From an uncultured Chloroflexia bacterium (lineage in GTDB: Bacteria > Chloroflexota > Limnocylindria > Limnocylindrales > CSP1-4): 64,000 nt of DNA. Both the position numbers and the translations under genes were made by a program. Position 1 is the first letter of the stretch, and each line of letters begins with the position of its first letter. Of this stretch, positions 59,487 to 64,000 are shown piece after piece. The notes under the pieces were generated by a model. That model was not told where the DNA came from. It searched no databases and saw only the letters and a program-made list of their open reading frames with translations. Location of the stretch: assembly GCA_963763775.1 (NCBI GenBank), contig CAVXPZ010000004.1, forward strand, positions 384,001 to 448,000, read 5' to 3'.

Positions 59487-59617
59487 CGCCCTGCTACCTC
59501 CGTCGCCCCAGTGGGGCGCTGGCGAGGCCGCCGTCCGGTCATGCACCTCGACCGGTGATGGCGGTCGCGTGCCGAAAGAGTACACCCGCCATGACCCCGG
59601 GTCACCCCCCGATCCAC

Positions 59618-59998
59618 CTACGGGGCGCTGGTCCCTTCGCGCCCGAAGTCGTCCTGGAGCCGCACGACGTCGTCGAGTTCGGGGGTGGAGACCTCGACCA
59701 GTTCACAGCGCTCGATGGCCTCGTAGCGGTGGATCCGCCCGGTCCGGACCCGACGGTGCTCGCCGGCCCCCAGCTCCTCGACGACCACCTCGCCCGCGTC
59801 GTCCTCGAGGTACAACCGGAGCCGGCCGGACAGCACGAGGATCGACTCGTCCTTGACCTCGTGCTTCTGGAGCGAGAGCCGCTTTCCGGCCTCGATGACG
59901 AGGATCTTGCCGACGTACTGCTCGGTGTGCGCCCAGATCAGCTCGTGGCCCCAGGGCTTCTCGACCCGGCGTCCACCGCCGGCGGCGGGGTCACTCAT
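59618..59998 (-). CDS. Cupin (type II mannose-6-phosphate isomerase-like)
   Basis: VEKPWGHE, LSLQKHEVKDE, HRYEA, DVVRLQDDFGR. Confidence 0.88.
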   Translation of the reverse strand: MSDPAAGGGRRVEKPWGHELIWAHTEQYVGKILVIEAGKRLSLQKHEVKDESILVLSGRLRLYLEDDAGEVVVEELGAGEHRRVRTGRIHRYEAIERCELVEVSTPELDDVVRLQDDFGREGTSAP

Positions 59999-61470
59999 CG
60001 GCCGCGCACCAGGTCCTCTCCGGCGACCAGAAGCGCGTCGCGCAACTCGGCCGAGGTGGCCTCGGTGTAGACACGGACGAGCGGCTCGGTCCCCGACGCT
60101 CGGATGAGCAGCCACGACCCATCGGCGAGGAAGAACTTGAACCCGTCGCCGGTGTCGAGCGGCATCGTGCGCGCGATCGCCTCGCCGGCGAGCTCCACCG
60201 GCGCCTGCCCCGCGAGATCGACGAGGAGGCGCCGCTTCGTCTCGGGGTAGGCCGATCGCTCGACGTGGACGTCGATCCGCAGGTACCACGACGGCCCGGC
60301 AAGCTCGTGGAACCGCTCGATCGCGCTCGAGACAGGCCACCGGCCTGCGGCGCGCTCGCGGAGGAAGAGGTCGAGGAGAAGGAGGTCGGCATAGATCCCG
60401 TCACGCTCGGGGAGGTGCATCCCGAACCCGAAGCCGCCGGACTCCTCGGCGCCCATCATCGCGCCGGTCTCGATCATCTTCGGACCGATGAACTTGAAGC
60501 CGACCGGGGTCTCGTACGTCTCGATCCCGTAGTGCGCTCCGAGCCTCGCGGCCATCGACGTGTTGTTGACGCTCACGACGACCGGGTCGCGCCAGCCCCG
60601 GTGCTCGGCGAGGTAGTACATCAAGAGTCCGGTGACCTGGAGTTGGTGGATGAACGTGCCACGCTCGTCGGCCGCGCCCGCCCGGTCGGCGTCGCCGTCG
60701 AGCAGGAGCCCGAGGTCGTAGCCGCCCCCGGCGAGCAGCGCCAGCGCCTCGTCCACGTTCGGCCGGATCGGCTCGGGGTTGACGCCGCCGAAGTACGGGT
60801 TCCGTTCGAGATGGATCTCGTGGACGTCGATCCGTCCGCCCGACAGCAGGCGGCTGATCCAGCCGGCGCCGGCGCCCCACAGCGGGTCGACGAGGATCCG
60901 CACGTCGGCGGCCTTGAGCGCGTCGATGTCGACGGTGCGTCGAACGAACCGCTCGTATCCCTCGAAGGGGTCGAACCGCTCGACGAGACCGGCCGCCTCG
61001 GCGTCCTCCAGTGGACGACGGTCGATCCCGGCGCTCCCGTTCTGCGCGAGGCGCGACTCGATGACGCCGAGGATGTCCGCGCCCGCGGCCGCGCCGGTCG
61101 GGGCCTTGACCTTGAACCCGTTGTCGACCCACGGGTTGTGGCTCGCCGTGATGACGATCCCGGCCGCGGCCCCGCGCTGGACGACCTCGTAGGAGCTCAT
61201 CTGCGTCGGGACGGCACCGGTCGCGAGGGCCACGGGGATGTCGCGCGCCAGCAGGACCTCGGCGACGGCCGCGGCGAAGTGCTCCGACGCGAAGCGGCGG
61301 TCGTACGCGACGACCACGCCCTTCGCGGTCTCGCCGCGATCGACGACGTACTGCGCGACGCCGTCGGCGCACCGCCGGACGTTCTCGAACGTGAACTCGT
61401 CGGCGATCCTGGCGCGCCAGCCATCGGTCCCGAAGACGATGCTGGTCGGCGCGGGCGCGCTGGTCGTCAT
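59995..61470 (-). CDS. Phosphomannomutase/phosphoglucomutase
   Basis: FGTDGWR, ITASHNP, DGDADR, AEESGG, RASGTEP. Confidence 0.95.
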   Translation of the reverse strand: MTTSAPAPTSIVFGTDGWRARIADEFTFENVRRCADGVAQYVVDRGETAKGVVVAYDRRFASEHFAAAVAEVLLARDIPVALATGAVPTQMSSYEVVQRGAAAGIVITASHNPWVDNGFKVKAPTGAAAGADILGVIESRLAQNGSAGIDRRPLEDAEAAGLVERFDPFEGYERFVRRTVDIDALKAADVRILVDPLWGAGAGWISRLLSGGRIDVHEIHLERNPYFGGVNPEPIRPNVDEALALLAGGGYDLGLLLDGDADRAGAADERGTFIHQLQVTGLLMYYLAEHRGWRDPVVVSVNNTSMAARLGAHYGIETYETPVGFKFIGPKMIETGAMMGAEESGGFGFGMHLPERDGIYADLLLLDLFLRERAAGRWPVSSAIERFHELAGPSWYLRIDVHVERSAYPETKRRLLVDLAGQAPVELAGEAIARTMPLDTGDGFKFFLADGSWLLIRASGTEPLVRVYTEATSAELRDALLVAGEDLVRGR

Positions 61471-62540
61471 GCTCGGTCCATCCTCCCCGGTTCGGCACAG
61501 CGCTCGATGAGCGCCTCGATCCTCCCCAGGTCCGGGGCCGTGCCGCGCAGGACCGCGATCGGCTGCGTGGCGGTCATGCTACCCCGACCCAGCGGTGCGA
61601 CGACGCCGAGGCGTCCGGCGATCCGACGGATCACGAGGTCGTCGACCTCCACGTCGACGGTCTCGCCGGGCTGGACCACCGATCCCGTGCCGCGCGCCCC
61701 GATCCCGTCCAGGAGCGACGTCCACGACCCGAGGTCGGACCAGCCCACGTCCATCGACGCCATGACCACGCCGCCGTTGCGAGCCGCGCTCTCCATGACG
61801 GCGTAGTCGATCGAGACCGGCTTGAGCTGCTCGTACGCGTGCTGCAGGAGGGTCGGGGCCTGGATGGTCGGCTCGATGAGCTGGATCAGCCCCGTGTAGC
61901 GCTCGAGGGCGCTCCGGATCGCCCGCCGGCGCCACAGGAACATCCCCGCGTTCCACGCCACGCCGGTCTCCTCGAACAGCGCCTCGGCGCGGGCCGGCTT
62001 CGGCTTCTCCTCGAAGGCCTGGAGCGGATAGGCCTCGATGCCGCCGATCCGCTCGCGGGCCGCCAGACGCGGGATCAGGTAGCCGTACTCCGTCGCCGGG
62101 TAGGTGACCGCGACGCCGAGCGTGACGAGCGGGTCATCGATCCCGAACGACCCGGTCGCGAGATCGGAGCCGGCCGTCCGCAGGACGTCCCGGAACACCT
62201 CGACCTTGGCGGGGTCGATGTAGGCGTCCGCCGGCAGCACGAGCATGACCTCGTCGTCCGGGCGGTCGATGGCCGCCGTGGCGAGCGCGATGGCCGCCGC
62301 CGTGTTGCGGCCCATGGGCTCGCTCAGCACGTCGACACCGGGCAGTTGGTCCCGGACGAGGCGCTCGTAGCGGTGGTCCGTGACGACGGTCACGTGGTCG
62401 ACGACGCCGTCGAGCCGGTCCGCCGTCGCCTGCAGCAGCGACGTGTCGCCGAGGAGAGGGAGGAAGGGTTTGGGGCGCTCGGACCGGCTCAGCGGGTAGA
62501 GTCGCGTCCCGCCGCCGCCGGCCATGATGACGGCATACAT
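61467..62540 (-). CDS. manC: Mannose-1-phosphate guanylyltransferase
   Basis: IMAGGGGTRLYPLSR..PKPFL, EPMGRNTA, FEEKP, WNAGMF, SIDYAVME, WSDLGSW. Confidence 0.9.
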   Translation of the reverse strand: MYAVIMAGGGGTRLYPLSRSERPKPFLPLLGDTSLLQATADRLDGVVDHVTVVTDHRYERLVRDQLPGVDVLSEPMGRNTAAAIALATAAIDRPDDEVMLVLPADAYIDPAKVEVFRDVLRTAGSDLATGSFGIDDPLVTLGVAVTYPATEYGYLIPRLAARERIGGIEAYPLQAFEEKPKPARAEALFEETGVAWNAGMFLWRRRAIRSALERYTGLIQLIEPTIQAPTLLQHAYEQLKPVSIDYAVMESAARNGGVVMASMDVGWSDLGSWTSLLDGIGARGTGSVVQPGETVDVEVDDLVIRRIAGRLGVVAPLGRGSMTATQPIAVLRGTAPDLGRIEALIERCAEPGRMDRA

Positions 62541-62594
62541 TCGCGACCCATTCTAGGGGCCGCCGTCCCCGGTCATCGGGACCGCGCCGGGTCG

Positions 62595-63464
62595 TCAGTC
62601 GCCGACGAAGACGTACCGGCCTTCCCAGATCACCCGGCGGGTCGACTCGTGGTACTTGGTGTAGACCTTGTTGAGGGCGGCGACCGACAGGTACCGGTAC
62701 TTCCACGGGTCCTTCGAACCCGGGCCCATCGGCCCGCTCACGTAGTAGCCGAGGATCGTCCGGCGGGTCGGGTCGGAGGCGAGCGGCTGCGACTTGTACC
62801 CCAGCACGATCCAGGCGTGGCTGCCGTGGTTCACGGTGATCCCCACGGGATCGCCGGTCCGGTCGATCGTCGCGGCGATGGCAGCGAGGGCCGTGGACCG
62901 GGTGACATAGGACCGCCACTGGTAGGGCCGCAGCGTGTAGTTGCGAAGGGCCCAGGCCCAGCCGGCGATGTCATTGCCCTTGGTCGGGTAGCGATACCGA
63001 TTGTGGCGATGGATGCTCCCGTACAGCGACTTCTGACGGGCATAGGTGCCGTTCGACGTCCCGCTGATGAGGTTCCACATCGTCTGGGTGGCCGCAGGGA
63101 CGCACCAGTAGTTCGTGTACTGCCGGATGACGGCCGTGGAGCGGTAGTTGAGGACGGAGAAGATGACCGGGCCGGGCGAGGGCGACGGCGTGGGCTCCGG
63201 CGGCGGCGTCGGGTCGCCCGTGGGCGTCGGGTCGGGGGTCGGGGTCGGGGTCGGCTCGGGCGTCGGGGTCGGGTCCGGCGTCGGGGTCGGCTCGGCCGCA
63301 GGCTCGACGGTCGGCGGCTCGGTCGGCGGGTCCGTCGGGGTGTCCCCATCGGCCGCGAAGGCGGGGAGCGGGAGGATCACCAGGACGAGGGCGGCCAGCA
63401 ACCCCGCGCGGACGAGCGCGATCAGGCGGACGCGATGGGCTTCGGTCGGAGCGGCGGGTCGCAT
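62595..63464 (-). CDS. Secreted C39-like cysteine peptidase with PT-rich linker
   Basis: Signal peptide (AFA), PTP repeats, QYTNYWCVPAA, GSHAWIVLGY. Confidence 0.7.
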   Translation of the reverse strand: MRPAAPTEAHRVRLIALVRAGLLAALVLVILPLPAFAADGDTPTDPPTEPPTVEPAAEPTPTPDPTPTPEPTPTPTPDPTPTGDPTPPPEPTPSPSPGPVIFSVLNYRSTAVIRQYTNYWCVPAATQTMWNLISGTSNGTYARQKSLYGSIHRHNRYRYPTKGNDIAGWAWALRNYTLRPYQWRSYVTRSTALAAIAATIDRTGDPVGITVNHGSHAWIVLGYKSQPLASDPTRRTILGYYVSGPMGPGSKDPWKYRYLSVAALNKVYTKYHESTRRVIWEGRYVFVGD

Positions 63465-63675
63465 GGCATCCCGGTGAGCAGGGCCACCCGACGATGGGTG
63501 TCCGTCCCAGTATCACGGTGCCCGGAGGGTGCCGGCATGCCCGGATGGTCGTCGAGGCGAGGGTCGGATGGTCCGGTGCATCCGGGCACAACGTGGGGGG
63601 CGTCAGCCACATCCGCCCGCGTCGCGGGTCGCGCGGCCGGTGCGATACTCGGCGCATGGCGCGAACGGTGGCTTG

Positions 63676-64000
63676 ATGCCCCACGACCACGCGACCGCCG
63701 CCGGCGGCGATCGATCCCGACTCCAGGCCGTCTTCGGCCTGACTGTCGCCGTCATGGTCGTCCAGGTCGTCGGCGGCCTCGCCGCGAACAGCCTCGCGCT
63801 CCTCGCGGACGCGGGCCACCTCCTGACGGACGTCGTCGGCATCGGCCTCGCGCTCCTCGCGATCTCCTTCGCCGCGCGACCGGCGAGCGAGGAGCGGACG
63901 TTCGGCTACCTGCGCCTCGAGATCCTCGCGGCCGTCATCAACGCGGTCCTGCTGTTCGGCGTGGCCGCCTTCGTCCTGGTCGAGGCGTGGATCCGCTGGA
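63676..64000 (+). CDS. Cation diffusion facilitator (CzcD-like), partial
   Basis: Manual translation MPHDHA...NSLALLADAGHLLTD...RTFGYLRLEILAAVINA. Confidence 0.92.
   Translation, partial: MPHDHATAAGGDRSRLQAVFGLTVAVMVVQVVGGLAANSLALLADAGHLLTDVVGIGLALLAISFAARPASEERTFGYLRLEILAAVINAVLLFGVAAFVLVEAWIRW

Noticed and set aside
63180-63340. GGGGTC-type short repeats / G-quadruplex candidate
   Set aside because: Explained by Pro-Thr linker codons on the minus strand.
63465-63675. c-di-GMP or c-di-AMP riboswitch upstream of the peptidase
   Set aside because: Hairpins are present but no conserved aptamer motifs were recognised.
1-64000. Many long antisense or alternative-frame ORFs (e.g. 11067..14702 +, 19183..21729 +, most of 21345..25160 -)
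   Set aside because: They are Arg/Pro/Gly-rich shadows of real genes, expected in high-GC DNA with few stop codons, and show no recognisable motifs.
1-64000. CRISPR array, tRNA/rRNA, integrase, transposase or prophage
   Set aside because: No repeat-spacer periodicity, cloverleaf or relevant protein motifs seen by eye.

Overview
High-GC bacterial chromosomal segment of about 58 genes. The TPR protein, stand-alone SWIM protein, pseudo-methylase and fused accDA suggest Chloroflexota, possibly Limnocylindria-like (inference only). Contents in order: partial acs; tandem MscS; an IclR/class-III aminotransferase/FAD oxidoreductase amine-catabolism module; an ECF sigma/anti-sigma module; DUF885; a DNA-metabolism cluster (pseudo-DNA-methyltransferase fused to a PD-(D/E)XK-like domain, TPR-HIRAN-like protein, membrane protein, PolX-PHP); two diguanylate cyclases; MBL-rhodanese; a soluble MgtE-domain + NRAMP-like transporter behind a structured leader; a 12-kb lysC-birA-ECF-acc-fab cluster; thr genes; trpS; surE; dps; a cobalamin riboswitch-controlled ABC importer; four secreted proteins; GDP-mannose genes; a C39-like peptidase; and a partial CDF transporter. 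I saw no tRNA/rRNA, CRISPR array, prophage or transposase. About 13 genes carry single +1 insertions, most likely long-read errors. Best leads: (1) the pseudo-MTase/TPR-HIRAN/PolX cluster; (2) a lysine-less, BADC-like AccB paralog in the acc operon; (3) an unrecognised four-segment RNA switch upstream of the Mg-transport pair; (4) a GTAC-N4-GTAC motif upstream of both diguanylate cyclases; (5) a metzincin-like protein with a DExxHxxGxxH motif.
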